Positions 1 through 7,929 of a stretch of DNA of 23,458 nucleotides are shown here, one piece after another. Position numbers and translations under genes: made by a program. Under the pieces are notes generated by a model. It was not told where the DNA came from, ran no database searches, and worked only from the letters and a program-made list of their open reading frames with translations. This DNA comes from Fidelibacterota bacterium (GTDB taxonomy: Bacteria; Fidelibacterota; Marinisomatia; Marinisomatales; S15-B10). Position 1 is the stretch's first letter, and each line of letters begins with the position of its first letter. The stretch spans positions 1 to 23,458 of the forward strand of contig JBHIAI010000014.1 of assembly GCA_046861655.1 (NCBI GenBank). The letters are read 5' to 3'.

Positions 1-39
1 TCCGGATCGACCCTCGCGCTAACGGGCCCTTTGAAGAAC

Positions 40-69
40 GCGGTGGCCCGCCAGCTGGCGGGCCACCGC
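40..69. terminator. Perfect 30-bp GC-rich palindrome; probable terminator or REP-like hairpin
   Basis: GCGGTGGCCCGCCAG|CTGGCGGGCCACCGC is its own reverse complement. It lies about 65 nt past the stop of the 134..3469 gene. It is followed by GTTCTTC on the minus strand and TTTG on the plus strand, so the U-tracts are weak. Confidence 0.6.
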
Positions 70-133
70 TTTGACCATCTAGGAGGGTAGATCAGTGTGC
101 CTAGGAGTGCAGGATATCCTTCATTCCTAACTC

Positions 134-3100
134 CTAACGGAGAAGGATCATCTTTCTGGTTTGTGCGAAGTCCCCTGAACCGGAATCCTCCCCAAGAGAC
201 CGGGCCGTGATTCGGGATACGTAGATGCCCGATGCCACGGGATTCCCGGAATCATCCTTACCGTCCCATTTCACCCGGTAGTAACCGGCATTCTGGGAGC
301 GGCTCACCAGGGTTCTTACTTTCCGGCCCAAAGCGTCGTACACGATCAGCGTGACGTCGCTCCGCATGGGCAGGCCGTAGCGGATCGCCGTGGAGGGGTT
401 GAAGGGATTCGGGTAGTTCTGAGCCAGTTCAAACCGGTTGGGAATTTGGATCCCCTCCTGGTCCCTTATGCCCACCGTCTGCTGGGGAGCGTACTCGCTT
501 TCGTTGCCGTTGAAATCGGTGGCGGTAACCGTGTAGTAGTAGGTTTGGGAGGGTTCCACGTCCGTATCGAGAAAGACGGTATCGACAGTGAAGGCGTAGG
601 GTTCACCGGGTTCAAATCCCAGGGTGAGTCCCCGGTACACCGTATAGTAGTCGAGATCCTCTTCTCTTCCGGGTAACCAGGTGAGCCGGTTGCCGTCATC
701 CACACTGGCCACAGTGAGTCCACCCGGCACACTGGGGGCCAGGTTATCCACCGAATACCCTGACATAGGCTCCGAGTCGAAGAAAGTCCATGGATCGAAC
801 GTGTGTGCCGTGACCCGGAATACGGAGTAGAAGTTCCCCGTAGGTCCCGTCACGACGTTCGAATCCACCAGAGTCGGCGCCACATAAGCATAGGGTTCTT
901 CAAGGCCATGGAAGGGGACAGTGTCAATGAAATCCCACAGATGCGGTTCATCGGGTCCGAGACCCGCCAACCGCCATATGCTGAACCTGGTCCACGTACC
1001 GTATTCTCCCGGCTGTCCGCCGTCCCAGACGATTCTCACCTGTCGACCCTGGTCATGGGGGACGTCCACGATGTCGTGGATGTAGGGAGGCCTGAATCGT
1101 GTTGGCATGAGGCCCACATCGAGCCAAGCCGTGTCTTCAGGGGCGACGAATATCCTGAAGAACTCGGGATGGTACCCCTCGGCAAAGACGTCCACCCAGA
1201 ACGAATCGCTGGGGACATCTATGTGGAAGAACCCTTCCGAACCGGTCACCGCGTCGGCGAAGAATGCTTCGCTGGACGCGAAGATCATGGCACCTATGAT
1301 GGCGTCTGCCGTTTCAGCGTCATAAACCATTCCCTCGATGGCGGCATCGATGACCAGGGGTTCGATGAGGAAGTCGTGGGTGACACTGTCATCTGCGATG
1401 ACAAGGGAATCCACCCAGTCAACCGTGTAGCCTTCCTTCCAGGCAGCCCCCCAGTAGATGCCGTTGGGCAAAGGAAAATGGTAGTAGCCGGAGTCATCTG
1501 TGACGGTATAATCCCAGTAATCCTCACTTTCGACGTAGACCTCGGCTTCTGCCACAGCGATTTCAGATCCAGGTTCGTAGACGTGTCCCGATAGCGACCC
1601 ATCGAAAGAGAGGGGATCCAGGTAGATATCGAGGGTAATAACATTGTCACTGATGACCACGTTCCCCAGGAACTCCGGGTAGTAACCATCGGCACCCGCA
1701 TCCACTTCATATGAGCCGTTGGGGAGGGGAAGGTAGTAGTACCCATCGGATCCTGTCCCCGTCCCAAACCCCATCATTCCGTCCCAGGCGGAAACCCAGG
1801 CATCTTCAATCGGGTCGTAGGATTCGGCGTCATAGACAATCCCTTCAATAGCACCGAAGACGCGGTGGAGATGGAAGTCAACGTTGCGGGCACCCGATAG
1901 GATACCGGAGTAGTATTCTTCTACCACTGTGTTTTCGGGAATATCCCAGACCCAGACATCATATCCTTCGAGTGTGTCTGCCTCGCTGGCCACAAACAGC
2001 CTGTATGAGCCGTCGGCCTCGGTCCGGGTTACAGTCCAGCTGAGACCGGAAGCCCAGGCGCCAACACCGATTCCAACTGCAGGTTCGCCATCGATGGTCA
2101 CCGTCCCTTCAATGGTGGCGTCAGTTTCGTGGGCTACGAAATCCACCGTAAGGGTTTCATCCTCAGCGATGGTGAGGAACTCAGCCTCGGGAACCAGGTA
2201 CTCGGGAATCAGATCCATCCCGTCGGGACCGATCCACCACTCCCCTTCCAGAACGCCAAGTCGGTAGAATCCTGCCGAATCTGTTTCCGTCCAGGTGTTG
2301 GGTCCGTCCTCCATATCCGCCCAGACGCCCACATCTTCCAGGGGGAAACCGTTTTCGTCTGTGATGATGCCTTCGATCCAGGCCGTGGAAGTTATGTAGG
2401 TGAAATCGAAACCTGTCAGGTGACTGTCAACGAACACGTCATGATACACCGTGTCTGAGAACATGCCGTCGGTTACACCGAGAAAATCGTCAGAGAAGAT
2501 GGAGTAGAGACCGGAGTCTGGAAGAAATATTCTGTAGTCTCCGGCGGTATCCGTGAGAGCCATCCATGGAATATCTTCAAAATAGTCGTGCGGCACTGCC
2601 CCCACGATGATGTTTGCCGAATCCGGGGTCACCGTTCCCGCCACTGAGAAGTCTGTGGCCATGGGCTTGACATACAGAAACGCAGCATCCACACCGCCGG
2701 CATCCTCGGCCACCAGAAGGGCTCCCAGATTGGATACGCGGTTGGGACCGTCTTCATCCCCGGTGAAGGTGATCTTGTACACTCCGTCCGAAGGATCCTC
2801 ATCATCGTCGTCGTTGTCGTAGATATGTCCGCCTTCATCCACCTCAAAGTCTACAGAGTCCTCCCAGGTTCCGTTTCCGTTCATGTCCACCCAGAATTCA
2901 ATATGGGCGTCGGTGGCCCCGGTGGAAAAGTGAATGGTTACCGTGAAGTCATCTCCCTGCGTAATGCTGTCCGCATCCAATCCGTTGATCAACACGTAAA
3001 TGGAGTCGGCACCGGAAATCCATCTGTACGAGGAAGGAGAGGCTCTGATCCCCTTCGCCCCCTTCGTCCAGCGGGTTTTGAAAGGGTGATCCAGGGAAGG

Positions 3101-3469
3101 AACTTGGCGCGTGAGCGGATCCTCCAGACGATGACGGGTCTTGACCTGATCTCGGATCGTTCCCACGGCGTCGACCTTGACCTGATTTCGGGTCCTTTCG
3201 ACCCGCTCCCGGGCCCGGTCTTTCTGGAGCCTGATCTGATTGATCCTGTCAATATCCAGACCCTCGTCAGCTTTCAGGATTTTCTCCTGTGGCTTCGTCT
3301 GATCCGGACTTTTCTTCTCGATTCTGGTTTCATCCTGGGCATGGGGCTTCCCAGTGGCTCTCGGTTTCAGGAAGTCCTGGGATAGCCCGCTGGAAACCCC
3401 CAGGGCCGTGAGAGCCAGAGCGAGGAGAAAAGTTCTCGGGCTTTTGGGTGTCAAATATCCTCGTTTCAT
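134..3469 (-). CDS. Secreted multidomain protein: signal peptide, about six carboxypeptidase-regulatory/Cna-B-like beta-sandwich repeats, FN3-like domain, C-terminal FlgD-Ig / T9SS type A sorting domain
   Basis: 1111-aa ORF with an AGAGGA RBS before the ATG. N-terminus is basic then hydrophobic (FLLALALTALGVSSGLS). Repeats of about 85-90 aa start with (A/G)xIxGxVxD and contain TDxxGxY. FN3-like segment: APSVPGGL...LTW...YYTVYRG...YYYTVTATDFNGNES. C-terminus: LAQNYPNPFNPSTAIRY...IVYDALGRKVRTLV...WDGKD..G..VASGIY...RKMILLR. Confidence 0.88.
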   Translation of the reverse strand: MKRGYLTPKSPRTFLLALALTALGVSSGLSQDFLKPRATGKPHAQDETRIEKKSPDQTKPQEKILKADEGLDIDRINQIRLQKDRARERVERTRNQVKVDAVGTIRDQVKTRHRLEDPLTRQVPSLDHPFKTRWTKGAKGIRASPSSYRWISGADSIYVLINGLDADSITQGDDFTVTIHFSTGATDAHIEFWVDMNGNGTWEDSVDFEVDEGGHIYDNDDDDEDPSDGVYKITFTGDEDGPNRVSNLGALLVAEDAGGVDAAFLYVKPMATDFSVAGTVTPDSANIIVGAVPHDYFEDIPWMALTDTAGDYRIFLPDSGLYSIFSDDFLGVTDGMFSDTVYHDVFVDSHLTGFDFTYITSTAWIEGIITDENGFPLEDVGVWADMEDGPNTWTETDSAGFYRLGVLEGEWWIGPDGMDLIPEYLVPEAEFLTIAEDETLTVDFVAHETDATIEGTVTIDGEPAVGIGVGAWASGLSWTVTRTEADGSYRLFVASEADTLEGYDVWVWDIPENTVVEEYYSGILSGARNVDFHLHRVFGAIEGIVYDAESYDPIEDAWVSAWDGMMGFGTGTGSDGYYYLPLPNGSYEVDAGADGYYPEFLGNVVISDNVITLDIYLDPLSFDGSLSGHVYEPGSEIAVAEAEVYVESEDYWDYTVTDDSGYYHFPLPNGIYWGAAWKEGYTVDWVDSLVIADDSVTHDFLIEPLVIDAAIEGMVYDAETADAIIGAMIFASSEAFFADAVTGSEGFFHIDVPSDSFWVDVFAEGYHPEFFRIFVAPEDTAWLDVGLMPTRFRPPYIHDIVDVPHDQGRQVRIVWDGGQPGEYGTWTRFSIWRLAGLGPDEPHLWDFIDTVPFHGLEEPYAYVAPTLVDSNVVTGPTGNFYSVFRVTAHTFDPWTFFDSEPMSGYSVDNLAPSVPGGLTVASVDDGNRLTWLPGREEDLDYYTVYRGLTLGFEPGEPYAFTVDTVFLDTDVEPSQTYYYTVTATDFNGNESEYAPQQTVGIRDQEGIQIPNRFELAQNYPNPFNPSTAIRYGLPMRSDVTLIVYDALGRKVRTLVSRSQNAGYYRVKWDGKDDSGNPVASGIYVSRITARSLGEDSGSGDFAQTRKMILLR

Positions 3470-3518
3470 GATTTATTCCTCTATATTGTGTTGGTTTGGT
3501 TCAGAAACTAGACACGAA

Positions 3519-3546
3519 AGATTACCACGCATGTCCGTTACTTCAA
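3519..3546 (-). promoter_or_regulatory. Putative sigma70 promoter of the secreted-protein gene
   Basis: The minus strand reads TTGAAG, 16 nt, TAATCT with an extended -10 TG, in an AT-rich spacer about 50 nt upstream of the ATG. Confidence 0.45.
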
Positions 3547-3603
3547 AAACAATTTAGCCTTGAAAGTCCAACCGCGAAGTGTTCCACGTCACATTCCTTA
3601 CCC

Positions 3604-4092
3604 TCAGAGAAATTCCTGCGCGATCGATTCCAGAAAGGTCTGGTCCGTCCGGTCGAAGGCCGCCGGCCGGGCACTGTCGATGTCCAGGACGGCGATGACC
3701 TGGTTTCCCTTCTTGACAGGGACCGCTATTTCCGACTGTGTTTCCCGGTCGCAGGCGATGTAACCGGGGAACCGCGAAACGTCAGGCACATTCACGGTTT
3801 TCCCCGATCGGGCGCAGGCTCCGCACACACCCCGGCTGAAGGGGATGGTCCCGCAGGCAAATACGTCCCCCTGGTAAGGTCCGACCTGAAGCACTCCCGG
3901 TTGAACCACCCGGTAGAAACCGACGAACACATGTTCCGGAAAAGCCCTCTTTATTCCCGTACAGACGATGGCCATCCTACCCACTTCGTCGAGTCCAAGG
4001 TTATCGGGGTCTGTGAAAAGCAGGCTTTTTAGCCACCGGGCCACCTCCCGGTATCGCCTTTCCTTGTCTGTCGGGGAAGGGGGGATTTCCAC
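3604..4092 (-). CDS. msrC: GAF-domain protein, free methionine-(R)-sulfoxide reductase family (fRMsr/MsrC/YebR)
   Basis: 162 aa with family motifs FVGFY, GPYQG..AC..I, GVCG, YIACD..T.SEIAVP and LDIDS...FD. All three family cysteines are present. Confidence 0.8.
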   Translation of the reverse strand: MEIPPSPTDKERRYREVARWLKSLLFTDPDNLGLDEVGRMAIVCTGIKRAFPEHVFVGFYRVVQPGVLQVGPYQGDVFACGTIPFSRGVCGACARSGKTVNVPDVSRFPGYIACDRETQSEIAVPVKKGNQVIAVLDIDSARPAAFDRTDQTFLESIAQEFL

Positions 4093-4099
4093 GGGAGTG

Positions 4100-6442
4100 T
4101 TAATTCCTCAGGGGTCTGCCCTTTTTGAGCATGTGTCGGATTCTATCCTGACTCTTGGGCTCAGCGGCCAGGCTCACGAAAACTTCCCGTTCTAACTCGA
4201 GCAGGTATTGTTCATCCACGGGCTTGCTGGGACCGGCCTTATCCCCGCCGGTGAGTACGCGGGCCAGTCTCCTGGCGATGAGTTCATCGTGGGGTGAAAT
4301 CTTCCCCTGAATCCTGTATCCCTTGAGTGCCACGGCCATGGCGGTTCGGCCCCCCTTTCCCGGGAGGATAAGGTCATCCCTGTACCGGGGAGGTTTGTAG
4401 TCCTCGGCCAGTGCCAGGGCCCACTTCTTCGCCTCAAGAAGGAGGTGATCGCGGTTCATCACCATGGAATCGTCCTCCAGAAGATAGCCCAATTTCTTGG
4501 CTTCGGACGCCGATCTTGACACCTTCGCGAACCCGATCACTTCCAGGGCCTTCTGGGAAATCTGGAACGGTGCCGTCTTCTTGCCGGAGGTTTGTTCAAG
4601 GAGATTCAGAAGGAGTCTCAAGTTTCCTCCCGCGCCGGGGATGAGGCCCACCCCTATTTCCACCGCGCCCACATACAGCTCCACAGAGGCCACCCGTTTG
4701 GCTGCAGGGGCGATGAGCTCGAATCCCCCACCGAGACAGAGATTGAACGGAGCAGCCACTACCGGGGCCGGGGAAAATCGGATCCTCTGGGTAAGATTCT
4801 GCAGGAGCTCCACGGTTCTTTCCAGGCCCGCCCAGTCCTCATTTTCACAGAATTTCAGGATGAGGGCCAGGTTGGCTCCCACGCAAAAGTTCTGTCCCTG
4901 ATGGCCCAGGACCAGAGCCTTGAATTTCCTCTGCTCCAAAAGGTCCAGCCCTTCATGGATCGTGTCGACCATGGATCCGTCAATGGGATTCAATGCCGGT
5001 TGGAGGGCGCTGTGAAACTCCGCATCCAGGACGCCGTCTCCCAGGTCAACCAGGCTCGCACTCCAGTCTCTTTTTACTTCAGCTCCCTTCGATTTCAGGA
5101 GTGACAGGGCTATGGTCCTATCCCCGGGAGTGATCTCCCGGACCTCTTCTCGAACAGGGTCGTAGAAGGTGAGCTTTCCCTGTTCCGCGGCATAGAAGGT
5201 AGGCCGGTCACGGCTGACCATCTCTTCCACCCACCGGGGAACGTTCTTGCCTTCTTCTTTCATCCGGATCAGGGATTGTTGAACCCCCATAGCGTCCCAG
5301 GTTTCAAAGGGTCCCAACTCCCAGCCGAATCCCCACTTCATGGCGTTGTCGATATTGGCAATGTCAGGGGAGATTTCGGGCACCCGGTTGGCGGCGTAGA
5401 TCAGTGTCCGCGACACGATTTCCCAGAAGAATCGTCCTGCCCTGTCATCGCTGTAGGCCAGCGCCCTCAGTTTTGCCGAGGTGGACGTATGCTGTTTGGC
5501 CAGGCGGTAGCCGTCGAAACGAACCCGTTTTTGCGGGGTGTATTCCAGCGTCTTGAAATCGAGGGAGAGAATCCCTTCTTCGGTTTTCTTGTAAAACCCC
5601 TCCCGGGTCTTCTGTCCCAGTCGTCCCGCTTTGACCAGCTTGTGGATTACATCGGGAATCTTCAGTGTGTCCCGTTCTTCATCATCGGTGCACTTCTCAT
5701 ACGAGGTGTTGGCCACATCGCTCAGTATGTCGAGTCCCACCAGATCGGCGGTCCGGAAGGTGGCGCTCTTGGGACGACCTGCGATGGTTCCCGTGATCTT
5801 ATCCACTTCCTCCACCGTCAGGCCCATCTCCTGGGCTGTCTTCAGGGTCAACAAGAGCCCGTAAACGCCGATCCGGTTGGCCACAAAATTGGGTGTATCC
5901 TTAGCGTAGACGATCCCCTTTCCCAGAACGATTTCGAGGAAATCGACCATGGTCTTGAGGACGTCATCCTCCGCTTCGCCCTGCACCACTTCCACGAGTC
6001 TCAGGTAGCGGGGGGGATTGAAAAAGTGAGTGAGGAGGAATCGTTTCCGGAAACTGGACGGAAGGGCTTCTCCGATCTCAGCCACGGACAGTCCTGAGGT
6101 GTTGGTGGAGAGTATGACATCATCCCTCACATGAGGAATGACGGTCTCAAACACCTTCCGTTTGACATCCACTTTTTCCACGACGGCTTCCAGAATCCAG
6201 TCCACTTCTTTAAGGCGACCGTTGTGCTCCTCGTAATTGCACGGTTCAATGAGTCGAGTCCTTGACGGGTCGAACAGGGGACTGGGCTTTGTTTTTCCAA
6301 GATTCTTGATCCCATCCTGGGAGAGTTCCTGGGTGAGATCGAAAAGAAGCGAGGGGATGCCGGCGTTCGCCAGGTGGCCGGCGATCTGAGCTCCCATCAC
6401 CCCTGCCCCAAGAACGGCGACCCGTTCAATTCTGTCGGACAT
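4100..6442 (-). CDS. fadN: 3-hydroxyacyl-CoA dehydrogenase / enoyl-CoA hydratase fusion (FadN-type, dehydrogenase domain first)
   Basis: 780 aa. Rossmann motif VLGAGVMG, EAVVE, STNTSG, catalytic HFFNPPRYLRLVE, DTPNFVANRIG and GWELGPFE. C-terminal crotonase domain with NFCVGANL, LGGGFE and EIGVGLIP. Confidence 0.9.
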   Translation of the reverse strand: MSDRIERVAVLGAGVMGAQIAGHLANAGIPSLLFDLTQELSQDGIKNLGKTKPSPLFDPSRTRLIEPCNYEEHNGRLKEVDWILEAVVEKVDVKRKVFETVIPHVRDDVILSTNTSGLSVAEIGEALPSSFRKRFLLTHFFNPPRYLRLVEVVQGEAEDDVLKTMVDFLEIVLGKGIVYAKDTPNFVANRIGVYGLLLTLKTAQEMGLTVEEVDKITGTIAGRPKSATFRTADLVGLDILSDVANTSYEKCTDDEERDTLKIPDVIHKLVKAGRLGQKTREGFYKKTEEGILSLDFKTLEYTPQKRVRFDGYRLAKQHTSTSAKLRALAYSDDRAGRFFWEIVSRTLIYAANRVPEISPDIANIDNAMKWGFGWELGPFETWDAMGVQQSLIRMKEEGKNVPRWVEEMVSRDRPTFYAAEQGKLTFYDPVREEVREITPGDRTIALSLLKSKGAEVKRDWSASLVDLGDGVLDAEFHSALQPALNPIDGSMVDTIHEGLDLLEQRKFKALVLGHQGQNFCVGANLALILKFCENEDWAGLERTVELLQNLTQRIRFSPAPVVAAPFNLCLGGGFELIAPAAKRVASVELYVGAVEIGVGLIPGAGGNLRLLLNLLEQTSGKKTAPFQISQKALEVIGFAKVSRSASEAKKLGYLLEDDSMVMNRDHLLLEAKKWALALAEDYKPPRYRDDLILPGKGGRTAMAVALKGYRIQGKISPHDELIARRLARVLTGGDKAGPSKPVDEQYLLELEREVFVSLAAEPKSQDRIRHMLKKGRPLRN

Positions 6443-6482
6443 CGTCTTTCCTTTCCCGTCGCTTTCTGTTACTCAAATCGAA

Positions 6483-6545
6483 ATGCGTGATGCGTGATTC
6501 GTAATGCGTGATTCGTAATGCGTGATTCGTAATGCGTGATGCGTG
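6483..6545. repeat. Tandem array of nine 7-bp units, consensus AT(G/T)CGT(G/A)
   Basis: Units read directly: ATGCGTG ATGCGTG ATTCGTA ATGCGTG ATTCGTA ATGCGTG ATTCGTA ATGCGTG ATGCGTG. The array is intergenic, between the thiolase and fadN genes. Confidence 0.95.
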
Positions 6546-6631
6546 ATTTCCCCCGTATGATTCATCGGGATCTCCGCTCCGCTGCGACGTAATGCGTTGC
6601 TGGTCACTGGGTCCCCGTTCCTTGATCCCTC

Positions 6632-7763
6632 TCACTCGCGTTTCAAAATGGTGGCGATGCCCTGCCCTGAGCCGATGCACATAGTCGCGAGCCCGTAGGT
6701 GGCATCCTGTTGCTCCATCACGTTGATGAGGGTGGTCAGAATCCTCAAGCCCGAGCATCCAAGGGGATGACCCAGGGCCACCGCACCGCCGTTCAAATTT
6801 ATCTTTTCCATGGGCCACTTTCCCTCCCTGATGACGTACAAGGACTGGGCGGCGAAGGCTTCGTTGAGTTCAATCACGCCCAGGTCATCCAGGGTGAGTC
6901 CTGCTTTTTCGAGTGCTTTCCGGGTGGCGGGAAGGGGACCCTTCCCCATGCGATCCCATTCCACTCCGGCCACTGCCCGGGACACGATTTCCGCTCTCAC
7001 CGGGAGATTGTGTTCATTCGCGTAGGCCCGGCTGGTGACAATTCCCGCGGCTGCGCCCACGGAATAGGGGGAACTGGTGGCGGCGGTTACCGTCCCGTTC
7101 TCGAGGAACGCAGGATCCAGGGATCGAATCTTCTCCTCATCCGGTTCCCTGGGTCCCTCATCCTGGTCCACCACTGTGCCGTCCTCCAGTTCGATGGGGA
7201 CGATTTCGTTATGGAATCGCCCCTGTTTCTGGGCATCCAGGGCTTTCCGGTGGGATGACATGGCAAAGGTCTCCTGATCTTCCCGGGAAATACGACCGTC
7301 TCTGGCCAGATTTTCCGCCGTTTCCCCCATTCCGATGTAGAAATCCCGTTCCGCCAGGTCCGGATGGAAATCGGGATTGAACCCTCCCATGGGCACGCTG
7401 AACATGTCTTCCACGCCCAGAGCGATGCCCACGTCGATGTCACCCACCCTGACTCAGTTGGTGCACGGAATCCATTGAGGAACCGCAGAACCGGTTCACC
7501 ACTTTCGCCCCGGCTTCAACGGGAATGCCAGCCAGGACGGCGACGGTTCGAGCCATGATCATTCCCTGGGGACCCTCTGGAAAGGCGCACCCAAGCACCA
7601 CGTCGTCAATGTCTCGGAGAGGAAGGTCTGGATTTCTTTCCAGGAGCTTTTGTAGAACCTGGGCGGTGAGATCATCGGGGCGGATGTTGCCCACCATCCG
7701 GCCCCGCTTCACCCCCATAGGCGATCGAACGGCATCTACGATTACGGAGGTTCTCTTATCCAT
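6632..7763 (-). pseudogene. fadA: Acetyl-CoA C-acyltransferase (3-ketoacyl-CoA thiolase), frameshifted near 7448; either a true pseudogene or an assembly error
   Basis: The 5' part (ATG at 7763) encodes VIVDAVRSPMG, DDVVLGCAFPEG and VNRFCGSS, then stops at 7440. The 3' part, in another frame (7447..6632), continues GDIDVGIALGVEDM, MGETAE, ELNEAFAAQ, GHPLG and MCIGSGQG. The Cys-His-Cys catalytic set is intact across the two pieces. Confidence 0.85.
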
Positions 7764-7869
7764 GGAGAGGTCTCCCAGTCTTATGCTTGAAAAAGATGCG
7801 TATGGTATTGCCGGCATTTCGAGTCCCGACTTGCGTCTGGACACTTCCGCAAGGAAAGACAAAACGACA

Positions 7870-7906
7870 GTCATGGCGATCCCGCCGTGGCGGGAGCGGC
7901 AATCTC
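7870..7906. repeat. REP-like palindromic element
   Basis: GTCATGGCGA-TCCCGCC-GT-GGCGGGA-GCGGCAATCTC contains a perfect 7-bp inverted repeat (7880-7895). The flanks resemble the GTCATTGCGA...GCAATCT class of intergenic repeats (recognised from memory). Confidence 0.55.
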
Positions 7907-7929
7907 ATCCCTTTATGCGACACCGTACA

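Noticed and set aside
6483..6545. Possible CRISPR array
   Set aside because: The units are 7 bp and contiguous, with no unique spacers, and there are no cas genes in the window.
6426..6818. 130-aa minus-strand ORF containing RITNHASRITH-like repeats
   Set aside because: It overlaps the thiolase 3' end out of frame, and its repeats are simply the translation of the heptamer array.
7780..7865. Possible riboswitch or ncRNA in the fadE-fadA spacer (TTCC-GCAA-GGAA tetraloop hairpin)
   Set aside because: The hairpin has only 4 bp, its GNRA loop is on the strand opposite to the operon mRNA, and I could not match it to any known RNA family.
7764..7874. N-terminal extension of the thiolase ORF starting at 7874
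   Set aside because: Thiolase similarity begins at ATG 7763, which has a GGGAGA RBS. The upstream ATG lies within the REP-like element.
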